Assembly (NCBI GenBank): GCA_964016885.1
Contig: OZ024740.1
Span: forward strand, 423,584,001-423,648,000
Length of the DNA: 64,000 nt
Source: Eledone cirrhosa
Taxonomy: Eukaryota
Direction of reading: 5' to 3'
Shown: positions 1 through 9,400 of the stretch, piece after piece
Position numbering within the stretch: position 1 is the stretch's first letter
How the letters are laid out: each line of letters begins with the position of its first letter
Program-made: the position numbers and the translations under genes
The notes under the pieces: model-generated
The model's input: the letters and a program-made list of their open reading frames with translations, nothing else
Databases searched by the model: none
Told to the model about the DNA's origin: nothing

Positions 1-370
1 GTAAGATTAAAAACATCAACAGGGACTGAGTGTCAAATATTTCACTTACTAAATTTTATACCCCGTAACTCTACATTGAGTTTATGATGAACCAATGGAG
101 AAGTCTCTACATGGTCGTTTGATATACTAGACATACCAGCCAAATCGCCCTCAAATCACTCCCCAGTATCTTAGAATACCCGCCAGCCCCCCCAAAAAAG
201 ACAAGATTATGGGTTGGAATTCCTTTGATCAAAGGTAATTTCAGTCAGGAGATTTGGGTGGGAGCCAAACAACAGGTTTATCATGTTGTTGTTGTTGATT
301 TGTCAGTTGTAAAAAAGTAATTAAATTATTACCTGGTAAGATCTTAAATATAAATGTCTTCTATTGTTTT

Positions 371-1880
371 ATAATAATAATATAATAATAATAATAATGA
401 AATTATTGTGTACAGTGCTCAGGTGCACTACAACTCATCAAAGGTGCATGTATAGTACATAGAATAATATACAAATGTCAGGAAAGTGAACAGTGTATGA
501 GTCATGATATACATGTGTGTATGTGTATGGAGGGGGAATATTAGGTGTAGTGTTGGCGAATCTCAGGAAGCATGGAAGTTTTAAAGGATGCAGTGTCTCG
601 GCAGCTAATAACTGATGCAGGTAGTTTGTTCCATGGAGGTTTTAAAGGATGCAGTGTCTTGACAGCTAACAACTGATGCAGGTAGTTTGTTCCATGGAGG
701 TTTTAAAGGATGCAGTGTCTCGACAGCTAACAACTGATGCAGGTAGTTTGTTCCATGGAGGTTTTAAAGGATGCAGTGTCTTGACAGTTAACAACTGATG
801 CAGGTAGTTTGTTCCATGGAGGTTTTAAAGGATGCAGTGTCTCGACAGCTAACAACTGATGCAGGTAGTTTGTTCCATGGAGGTTTTAAAGGATGCAGTG
901 TCTCGACAGCTAACAACTGATGCAGGGAGTTTGTTCCATGGAGGTTTTAAAGGATGCAGTGTCTCGGCAGCTAATAACTGATGCAGGTAGTTTGTTCCAT
1001 GGAGGTTTTAAAGGATGCAGTGTCTTGACAGCTAACAACTGATGCAGGGAGTTTGTTCCATGGAGGTTTTAAAGGATGCAGTGTCTCGACAGCTAACAAC
1101 TGATGCAGGTAGTTTGTTCCATGGAGGTTTTAAAGGATGCAGTGTCTCGACAGCTAACAACTGATGCAGGTAGTTTGTTCCATGGAGGTTTTAAAGGATG
1201 CAGTGTCTCGACAGCTAACAACTGATGCAGGTAGTTTGTTCCATGGAGGTTTTAAAGGATGCAGTGTCTCGACAGCTAACAACTGATGCAGGTAGTTTGT
1301 TCCATGGAGGTTTTAAAGGATGCAGTGTCTTGACAGCTAACAACTGATGCAGGTAGTTTGTTCCATGGAGGTTTTAAAGGATGCAATGTCTCGACAGCTA
1401 ACAACTGATGCAGGTAGTTTGTTCCATGGAGGTTTTAAAGGATGCAGTGTCTCGACAGCTAACAACTGATGCAGGTAGTTTGTTCCATGGAGGTTTTAAA
1501 GGATGCAGTGTCTCGACAGCTAACAACTGATGCAGGTAGTTTGTTCCATGGAGGTTTTAAAGGATGCAGTGTCTCGACAGCTAACAACTGATGCAGGTAG
1601 TTTGTTCCATGGAGGTTTTAAAGGATGCAGTGTCTTGACAGCTAACAACTGATGCAGGTAGTTTGTTCCATGGAGGTTTTAAAGGATGCAGTGTCTCGAC
1701 AGCTAACAACTGATGCAGGTAGTTTGTTCCATGGAGGTTTTAAAGGATGCAGTGTCTCGACAGCTAACAACTGATGCAGGGAGTTTGTTCCATGGAGGTT
1801 TTAAAGGATGCAGGTAGTTTGTTCCATGCTTCAGCAACTGTGAGCATGAAAAAACGTTTCCGATAGTCATGGGAGCTGTT
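371..1880 (-). mobile_element. 3' end of a CR1/L2-clade LINE (ORF2 C-terminus, 3' UTR, (TTA)n-type tail), internally expanded by a minisatellite
   Basis: Minus-strand translation of 1880-1821 joined to one repeat unit and 541-570 gives NSSHDYRKRFFMLTVAEAWNKLPASVVSCRDTASFKTSMLPEIRQHYT*. This fits the RxxFFxxRVxxxWNxLPxxVVxxxxxxxFK motif of CR1/L2 ORF2 C-termini. Stop at 541-543, (ATA)n tail at 371-397. Confidence 0.8.
571..1828. repeat. 61-bp minisatellite, 20 full units plus one internally deleted unit
   Basis: Unit CATGGAGGTTTTAAAGGATGCAGTGTCTCGACAGCTAACAACTGATGCAGGTAGTTTGTTC. The register shifts +1 per 60-nt line, and unit 21 starts at 1791 (571+20x61). Confidence 0.97.
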
Positions 1881-2059
1881 ATGGTATATTCTGTTGATGT
1901 TTCAATAGAATTGTTCCATATTTACCTCAAATTCTTTGTTTCCTTGAAAAATGTCTTCACACTTTTCATATAGTTTTAGGCAGCTTTTGCTGTTTGAAGG
2001 TTTTCTTTGTTTCAAAGGGGTCCCCTTTCTTTCTATATTACAACACCACTACCATGAAT

Positions 2060-2114
2060 AACCCATGCATACATGGAAAAATGGATGTAAAAACGATGAT
2101 AATGACAATGATGT
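2060..2114 (+). mobile_element. Degenerate RTE-type 3' tail fragment ending in (GAT)n-like repeats
   Basis: ACCCATGCATACATGGAAAAATGGATGTAAAAACGATGAT resembles the reverse complement of the tails at 5197-5250 and 5682-5745. Confidence 0.5.
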
Positions 2115-2334
2115 ATAAACCATAAAATTAAATATGTCGGTGTATGTTCATTTCATTTACATGTGAAAAAGGCAGTTTTTCCTTTTTGTGTCAATGTATA
2201 CATTGATGTATATACTGATGATATATTGATATATATATCAATATATACACACACTCACCCAATGAAAGCACCCAATCCATCTTATAATGGTGGTTGTATT
2301 TGTAACAGGACAAAAACACCTTGTTAAATGGTCA

Positions 2335-2496
2335 TTTGGGTGCCATAACAAAAAGCATCCAGTCCACACTGCAACGTGGTTGGTGCTATGACGGACATTC
2401 AGCCAAGAAACAAAGTCCAGATGAGCATGACATTGTCTCTGGACCTGACTTGTCTCATAACATAACAACCCATCTAAGTCAAGTTAAATGATGATA
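2335..2496 (+). mobile_element. Degenerate SINE-like fragment with RTE-type tail
   Basis: GTGGTTGGTGCTATGACGGACATTCAGCC resembles the reverse complement of GGATGCCCTTCCTAACACCAAC (5285-5306, 5826-5847). It ends in AACCCAT...TTAAATGATGAT. Confidence 0.45.
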
Positions 2497-2551
2497 TATA
2501 TATATATATATAAATAGCTCTTTTTTCCTTGCTTTTCCTTTGGAATTACGT

Positions 2552-2552
2552 A

Positions 2553-2643
<91 letters not shown>

Positions 2644-2646
2644 TAT
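2552..2646. repeat. (CA)n(TA)n microsatellite
   Basis: Direct dinucleotide runs. Confidence 0.95.
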
Positions 2647-2801
2647 TGTTATACTTTGGGAGGGTCATGTTGCCAATAAGAAACACACGCACCAGTTGCT
2701 TTCACTTCAATTTAATTTATTATATATTTATAAATTTACAAATTTATAAATTTCTGGTTGGTTGGTTGGTTCCACAACCAGATAGTTGTTTATATATATA
2801 T

Positions 2802-2846
2802 AGTCATAGTTCTTTCGTCACACACTCTGTGACCTCTTCAGTGACT
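2802..2846 (-). ncRNA. Minimal type I hammerhead ribozyme motif (inverted copy)
   Basis: Reverse complement of 2913-2957 in the left palindrome arm. Confidence 0.8.
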
Positions 2847-2912
2847 GGGGATTTCTTTCTTCGTTTCTGTGGGAAAGAAAGGAAAGGCACAGAAACGAAG
2901 AAAGAAATCCCC

Positions 2913-2957
2913 AGTCACTGAAGAGGTCACAGAGTGTGTGACGAAAGAACTATGACT
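2913..2957 (+). ncRNA. Minimal type I hammerhead ribozyme motif
   Basis: Stem I AGTCA(2913-17)/TGACT(2953-57); core CTGAAGA+G; stem II GTCACA/TGTGAC with GAGTG loop; GAAA; 2-bp stem III AG-aa-CT; cleavage triplet CUA (2950-52). Confidence 0.8.
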
Positions 2958-3222
2958 ATATATATATAAACAACTATCTGGTTGTGGAACCAACCAACCA
3001 ACCAGAAATTTATAAATTTGTAAATTTATAAATATATAATAAATTAAATTGAAGTGAAAGCAACTGGTGCGTGTGTTTCTTATTGGCAACATGACCCTCC
3101 CAAAGTATAACAATATCGGTTTCAACACACGATTTCAGATAAAGAATCTTGCTAAACAAATTCAGAAACGAAATATATATATATATATAAATATTTTGTA
3201 TCTCCAAAGAAATACACTTTTA

Positions 3223-3405
3223 GGAAGCCGTAGCTATGCAAACACCGGGAAGGCTAACGCCCTCTGGTGATGTCCAGCAGAAGCAAGGGGGACAACCGTC
3301 TATGCATTTCAGGCTTAACTGGCCTTCGTCAGGTCCCTCCTTGCTTCTGCTGGACATTACCAGAGGGCGTTACCCCTCCCCCCGTGTTTGCATAGCTACG
3401 GATCC
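3223..3405. mobile_element. Foldback/MITE-like element with ~70-bp imperfect inverted arms, flanked by TA on both sides
   Basis: CCGTAGCTATGCAAACAC...CTCTGGTGATGTCCAGCAGAAGCAAGGGGGAC (to 3293) pairs with GTCCCTCCTTGCTTCTGCTGGACATTACCAGAG...GTGTTTGCATAGCTACGG (from 3333). TA at 3221-22 and 3406-07. Confidence 0.6.
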
Positions 3406-4587
3406 TAAAGCTGTAAGGTCGTAATTTATCAAATCGTCCCAGGTTTTTCTGAGTCTACCTACTCTGTAACTACCATCAATTTTGATCGCCCTATACTTTT
3501 TTATACAGCTGTCGTCTTTCATGCGCATCATGTGACCATACCAACGCAGTCTTCTCTCAAGTAAATAGCATCTGATCCCTCTTATTCCTAATTTCTCACT
3601 TAATTCATTTATGCTTTGCCGTTCATGTATATTACTATTACACATCCAACGGAGCATGCACGCTTCGTTCCTTTCCAGTCTGCGCAGGTCCTCTGCACAC
3701 AATGCCCATGTCTCACTGCCATGTAGCATTGCTGTTCGTATACAGGCATCATACAATCTGCCTTTCATTTTTAGAGAGAAACCTTTTGTGGCCAACAGCG
3801 GTATAAGCTCTCTGAACTTTTTCCACCCCGTTCTGACTGTACTTTCAGAGCACCCTCCACCAATGCTGATTTTGTCACTCAGGTAACGGAAAGTGTCAAC
3901 TATTTCTGTAGAAACATCTGGGCAATAGGAGCTAGTATCCTGTGGACACTTGCTACTTATTGCACCTGAGCATCGGCCACATATGAAATCTATGTTCTTA
4001 GATAGTTTACCTGTGATCCCACTACAATTTTTATGTACCCATACTTTGCATTTGGGACATAAAATGGAATTTCTGCCTACTCCTTTCCTACACACTGAGC
4101 ATGGCCATTTCCCTGAGGGTACCTGTGCCCTATTTTCCTTTCTACAAACTAGAACTTTAGTCTTAGACAAGTTAACTTTAAGGCCTTTTGATTCTAGGCC
4201 ATTCTTCCTTGTTTGGAATCTCTTCTCTAGTTCAGCCATAGATTCAGCTATGAGAGTTAGATCATCTGCGTATAGGAGTTCCCATGGGCAGCCGGTCTTG
4301 AACTCCTCTGTTATAGCCTGAAAGGCAATAATAAATAGGAGGGGGCTAAGGACAGAGCCTTGATGAACACCAACTTTTACACTAAATTCTTCACTATATT
4401 CGTTGTTAATTCTAACCTTGCTGACTGTTTCTTTATACATGGCTTGTATAGCTCTCCCAAGCCATTCATCTACACCTAGTTTTCTAAGAGCCCACCAGAT
4501 AATGGAGTGGGGGACTCTGTCAAAGGCTTTCTCCAAGTCAACAAAGGCTAAGTATAGGGGTTTACTTTTAGCTAGGTACGTCTCCTG
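3406..4587 (-). mobile_element. 5'-truncated RTE-clade LINE: partial reverse transcriptase, PHD-like zinc finger and C-terminal region (open frame)
   Basis: ORF 3370..4680 contains LYLAFVDLEKAFDRVP, GVHQGSVLSPLLF, LLYADDL, GLKVNLSKTK, MLHGSETW and RRLRWYGHMMR, typical of RTE-clade ORFs. No endonuclease domain. The N-terminal MCIYVCVCV stretch is microsatellite read-through. Confidence 0.93.
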
Positions 4588-4622
4588 TTCAATAAATGAG
4601 AAATATATAGTGTTCCTGTTTC

Positions 4623-4624
<2 letters not shown>

Positions 4625-4675
<51 letters not shown>

Positions 4676-4680
4676 CACAC
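4625..4680. repeat. (AC)n microsatellite
   Basis: Direct dinucleotide run. Confidence 0.95.
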
Positions 4681-4876
4681 TTACACATCATATATATTAC
4701 AAGCATTGTGTGAATCTCTGGTATTGCAGAAAATACACAGGCCTTGCAGAAAATGGCTAAAAGTTCAAATTTTGTAAATCTAACCATTTATATTATTGAA
4801 AATACCCATTTGAGGATTACACTTCATTTCTGACCCAACACATATTTATATTCTCATTTCATCTCTCTAGTTGCCT

Positions 4877-5217
4877 CACACACACACACACACATACACA
4901 CACACACTCACATATCATCCACGTCATTTAATCATTTAATGTCCACTTTTCTGCTATCAGTATCTATACAATATATACACACACATATATATATATATGA
5001 ATATATACATATATATGCATATATACACACCTATATATATATGTATATATTGTATATATACATATATATATATATATACATATACAATATATACATATCT
5101 ATATATATTATTGTATATATATATATATACAATACATATATATATCTGCATATATATAATATATACATATATATATATGTATATATTGTATATATACATC
5201 ATCATCATCATCATCAT
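4877..5217. repeat. Compound low-complexity tract: (CA)n, degenerate (TA)n/(TACA)n and (CAT)n
   Basis: Direct inspection. It explains the IY-rich ORFs at 4939-5299. Confidence 0.9.
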
Positions 5218-5345
5218 TTTACATCCGCTTTTCCCTGCTTGCAAGGGTGGGACAGGAACTGATTCTGGCTTGATTTCTACAACTGGATGCCCTTCCTAAC
5301 ACCAACCTCATTTGCAGTGAGTGCTGGGTGCTATTTTTCCGTGGC
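5197..5345 (-). mobile_element. SINE/RTE-type 3' end with (GAT)n tail
   Basis: (CAT)n followed by TTTACATCCGCTTTTCCCTGCTTGCAAGGGTGGGAC and GGATGCCCTTCCTAACACCAAC. A paralogous copy lies at 5682-5875. Confidence 0.6.
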
Positions 5346-5443
5346 GCCTACACGTCCTCTTTAAAGTGTGGGCTGGGTGCTTTTTTGCTGTGGCACCTCC
5401 ACGACCACTTTGCAGTGGAATGATAGGGACCCCAGTCCTATCA

Positions 5444-5568
5444 TCTCATTTCTAAAGCTGAGTAAACTGGAGCAATGTGAAATAAAGTGTCTTGCTCAAG
5501 GACATAACGCATCGAACTCACAACCTCAAGATTGTGAATCCAATTCTCTAACCACTCAGCCACACGCC
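5444..5568 (-). mobile_element. tRNA-derived SINE, 5' part
   Basis: Minus strand reads GGCGTGTGGCTGAGTGGTTAG (A box) ... GAGTTCGATGC (B box), then the core GTCCTTGAGCAAGACACTTTATTTCACATTGCTCCAGT. A related core is at 6240-6290. Confidence 0.7.
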
Positions 5569-5681
5569 GTGTATATATATATATATATACACACACACAC
5601 AATATATATATATCATCATCTTCATCATCATTTAATATATATATATACATATATTAACGTTTCTTTTCTTGAAATGATATA

Positions 5682-5875
5682 TCATCATCATCATCATCAT
5701 CATCTTCGTTTAACGTCCATCTTCCATGCTAGCATGGGTTAGACGGGAGTTGTTCCACTTGAAGCAAGGTTGGTCGGGTGACCGTGTTTACTCATATAGG
5801 ACTATCTGGCAGGTTTTCTATGGTTGGATGCCCTTCCTAACACCAACTACATTTACTGTGTGAACTGGGAACTTT
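5682..5875 (-). mobile_element. SINE/RTE-type 3' end with (GAT)n tail
   Basis: (CAT)n, TTTAACGTCCATCTTCCATGCTAGCATGGGTTAGACGG, then GGATGCCCTTCCTAACACCAAC shared with 5285-5306. Confidence 0.6.
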
Positions 5876-5959
5876 TTATATATGCATTTTTAAGATGTAT
5901 ATAATATGAACATACACCAATATACATCGTCTTTTGATATAAAGGAAGGATCATCCCCA

Positions 5960-6108
5960 GTACATGACTGGTACTTTTTTTTATCAACTTTGAATGGATG
6001 AAATGCAAATTTAACCTCAGTGGGATTTGAACTCAGAGAATAAAGAACCAGAAGAAATACCAGAAAGCAATCTACCAAATGTTCTAACTCTGCCAATTCA
6101 CCATCTTG
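5960..6108 (-). mobile_element. Degenerate tRNA-derived SINE, second family
   Basis: Minus strand GGTGAATTGGCAGAGTTAGA (A-box-like) ... GAGTTCAAATCCC (B box) ... TTTCATCCATTCAAAGTTGATAAAAAAAAGTACCAGT. It resembles an abundant octopus SINE as I recall it; not verified by a search. Confidence 0.55.
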
Positions 6109-6161
6109 CCTGGTACCTTTCATGAAATTCCCATTTAGTTTATATTCTCATATTAGTGTAG

Positions 6162-6424
6162 TGTTTGGCCTAGTGGTTAAGGTGTTGGACTTGTGACCAT
6201 AATATTGTTGGTTTGATTCTTGGACTCAGTTGTGTGTTGTGTTCTTGAATAATACATTTCATTTCACGTAGCTCCAGTATACTTAGCTGAAAATGGTTAC
6301 CAGAAATAGGTTGGGTTAACCCTGCAATGGACTAGCATTCTGTCTTGTACTCTCAGAAGCTTAACACCGTGGAAACCAGGATAAGCAGCGGCCTGATGAG
6401 TCTCCGGGCTTGTGACAGACTTTT
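6162..6424 (+). mobile_element. Degenerate tRNA-derived SINE, near full length
   Basis: TGGCCTAGTGGTTAAGG (A box), GGTTTGATTC (B-box-like), core GTGTTCTTGAATAATACATTTCATTTCACGTAGCTCCAGT, AACCCTGCAATGGACTAGCAT, and tail GGAAACCAGGATAAGCAGCGGCCTGATGAG...GACTTTT. Confidence 0.65.
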
Positions 6425-6468
6425 GACACATTAGTGTAACCTCCACAGCTGTATACAATGTTCTTGTG

Positions 6469-9400
6469 TAATTCTATATAAGATTGTAGTGGTATTGACT
6501 AATGTAGTCCAATCTAATTCTATATAAGACTGTAGTGGTATTGACTAATGTATTCCAATCTAATTCTATATAAGACTGTAGTGGTATTGACTAATGAACT
6601 CCAATCTAATTCTATATAAGACTGTAGTGGTATTGACTAATGTAGTCCAATCTAATTCTATATAAGACTGTAGTGGTATTGACTAATGAACTCCAATCTA
6701 ATTCTATATAAGACTGTAGTGGTATTGACTAATGTATTCCAATCTAATTCTATATAAGACTGTAGTGGTATTGACTAATGTACTCCAATCTAATTCTATA
6801 TAAGACTGTAGTGGTATTGACTAATGTAGTCCAATCTAATTCTATATAAGACTGTAGTGGTATTGACTAATGAACTCCAATCTAATTCTATATAAGACTG
6901 TAGTGGTATTGACTAATGTAGTCCAATCTAATTCTATATAAGACTGTAGTGGTATTGACTAATGTACTCCAATCTAATTCTATATAAGACTGTAGTGGTA
7001 TTGACTAATGTACTCCAATCTAATTCTATATAAGACTGTAGTGGTATTGACTAATGTACTCCAATCTAATTCTATATAAGACTGTAGTGGTATTGACTAA
7101 TGTACTCCAATCTAATTCTATATAAGACTGTAGTGGTATTGACTAATGAACTCCAATCTAATTCTATATAAGACTGTAGTGGTATTGACTAATGTACTCC
7201 AACCTAATTCTATATAAGACTGTAGTGGTATTGACTAATGTACTCCAATCTAATTCTATATAAGACTGTAGTGGTATTGACTAATGTACTCCAATCTAAT
7301 TCTATATAAGACTGTAGTGGTATTGACTAATGTACTCCAATCTAATTCTATATAAGATTGTAGTGGTATTGACTAATGTACTCCAATCTAATTCTATATA
7401 AGATTGTAGTGGTATTGACTAATGTACTCCAATCTAATTCTATATAAGACTGTAGTGGTATTGTCTAATGTACTCCAATCTAATTCTATATAAGACTGTA
7501 GTGGTATTGACTAATGTACTCCAACCTAATTCTATATAAGACTGTAGTGGTATTGTCTAATGTACTCCAATCTAATTCTATATAAGACTGTAGTGGTATT
7601 GACTATTGTACTCCAATCTAATTCTATATAAGACTGTAGTGGTATTGACTAATGTACTCCAATCTAATTCTATATAAGATTGTAGTGGTATTGACTAATG
7701 TACTCCAGTCTAATTCTATATAAGATTGTAGTGGTATTGACTAATGTACTCCAATCTAATTCTATATAAGACTGTAGTGGTATTGTCTAATGTACTCCAA
7801 TCTAATTCTATATAAGACTGTAGTGGTATTGACTAATGTACTCCAACCTAATTCTATATAAGACTGTAGTGGTATTGTCTAATGTACTCCAATCTAATTC
7901 TATATAAGACTGTAGTGGTATTGACTAATGTACTCCAATCTAATTCTATATAAGACTGTAGTGGTATTGACTAATGTACTCCAATCTAATTCTATATAAG
8001 ACTGTAGTGGTATTGACTAATGTAGTCCAATCTAATTCTATATAAGACTGTAGTGGTATTGACTAATGTAGTTCAATCTAATTCTATATAAGACTGTAGT
8101 GGTACTGACTAATGTAGTCCAATCTAATTCTATATAAGACTGTAGTGGTATTGACTAATATACTCCAATCTAATTCTATATAAGACTGTAGTGGTATTGA
8201 CTAATGTACTCCAATCTAATTCTATATAAAACTGTAGTGGTATTGACTAATGTAGTCCAATCTAATTCTATATAAGACTGTAGTGGTACTGACTAATGTA
8301 GTCCAATCTAATTCTATATAAGACTGTAGTGGTATTGACTAATGTACTCCAATCTAATTCTATATAAGACTGTAGTGGTATTGACTAATGTAGTCCAATC
8401 TAATTCTATATAAGACTGTAGTGGTACTGACTAATGTAGTCCAATCTAATTCTATATAAGACTGTAGTGGTATTGACTAATGTAGTCCAATCTAATTCTA
8501 TATAAGACTGTAGTGGTATTGACTAATGTAGTCCAATCTAATTCTATATAAGACTGTAGTGGTACTGACTAATGTAGTCCAATCTAATTCTATATAAGAC
8601 TGTAGTGGTATTGACTAATGTACTCCAATCTAATTCTATATAAGACTGTAGTGGTATTGACTAATGTACTCCAATCTAATTCTATATAAGACTGTAGTGG
8701 TATTGACTAATGTACTCCAACCTAATTCTATATAAGACTGTAGTGGTACTGACTAATGTAGTCCAATCTAATTCTATATAAGACTGTAGTGGTATTGACT
8801 AATGTAGTCCAATCTAATTCTATATAAGACTGTAGTGGTACTGACTAATGTAGTCCAATCTAATTCTATATAAGACTTTAGTGGTATTGACTAATGTACT
8901 CCAATCTAATTCTATATAAGACTGTAGTGGTATTGACTAATGTACTCCAATCTAATTCTATATAAGACTGTAGTGGTATTGACTAATGTACTCCAATCTA
9001 ATTCTATATAAGACTGTAGTGGTATTGACTAATGTACTCCAATCTAATTCTATATAAAACTGTAGTGGTATTGACTAATGTAGTCCAATCTAATTCTATA
9101 TAAGACTGTAGTGGTACTGACTAATGTAGTCCAATCTAATTCTATATAAGACTGTAGTGGTATTGACTAATGTACTCCAATCTAATTCTATATAAGACTG
9201 TAGTGGTATTGACTAATGTAGTCCAATCTAATTCTATATAAGACTGTAGTGGTACTGACTAATGTAGTCCAATCTAATTCTATATAAGACTGTAGTGGTA
9301 TTGACTAATGTAGTCCAATCTAATTCTATATAAGACTGTAGTGGTATTGACTAATGTAGTCCAATCTAATTCTATATAAGACTGTAGTGGTACTGACTAA

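Larger units (their letters stand above)
2643..3116. repeat. Long inverted repeat: 229-bp arms with a 16-nt purine-only spacer
   Basis: 2643-2871 is the reverse complement of 2888-3116, with no mismatch seen by eye. Spacer GGAAAGAAAGGAAAGG. Mirror-image ORFs appear in the ORF track (2529..2921 + and 2838..3128 -). Confidence 0.97.
2643..3173. mobile_element. Penelope-like element (PLE) remnant arranged as an inverted pseudo-LTR pair between (TA)n tracts
   Basis: Inverted arms at 2643-2871 and 2888-3116, each with a minimal hammerhead motif followed by a short ATG-initiated frame (MTLPKYNNI...). (TA)n lies on both flanks (to 2646 and 3174-3188). No RT or GIY-YIG coding sequence is visible. 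Confidence 0.6.

Noticed and set aside
1-6. GTAAGA as a splice donor
   Set aside because: It sits at the window edge with no exon visible, so it cannot be supported.
100-280. Possible interspersed repeat fragment
   Set aside because: It looks vaguely like a common repeat, but there is no second copy, terminal repeat or TSD in the window to support it.
571-1828. 61-bp array as a CRISPR array or coding repeat
   Set aside because: No variable spacers; the unit length is not a multiple of 3; it is explained as an expanded LINE fragment.
2529-3207. ORFs 2529..2921, 2540..2749, 2838..3128 and 3010..3207 as genes
   Set aside because: They arise from (TA)n read-through and the palindrome mirror, with no protein-like features.
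3611-4672. Plus-strand ORFs 3611..3886, 3950..4321 and 4403..4672
   Set aside because: Antisense shadows of the RTE reading frame.
3370-4680. 436-aa ORF as an intact gene
   Set aside because: The start lies in an (AC)n microsatellite, the RT N-terminal motifs and endonuclease are missing, and the C-terminus runs into the foldback element.
4939-6123. IY-rich, poly-His and SINE-overlapping ORFs
   Set aside because: Translations of (TA)n and (CAT)n tracts and of SINE bodies.
5444-6230. tRNA genes at the A/B-box motifs
   Set aside because: No complete cloverleaf is evident, and the heads continue into SINE core sequence.
6392-6424. CTGATGAG as another hammerhead core
   Set aside because: No GAAA follows a stem II; it is part of the SINE 3' tail.
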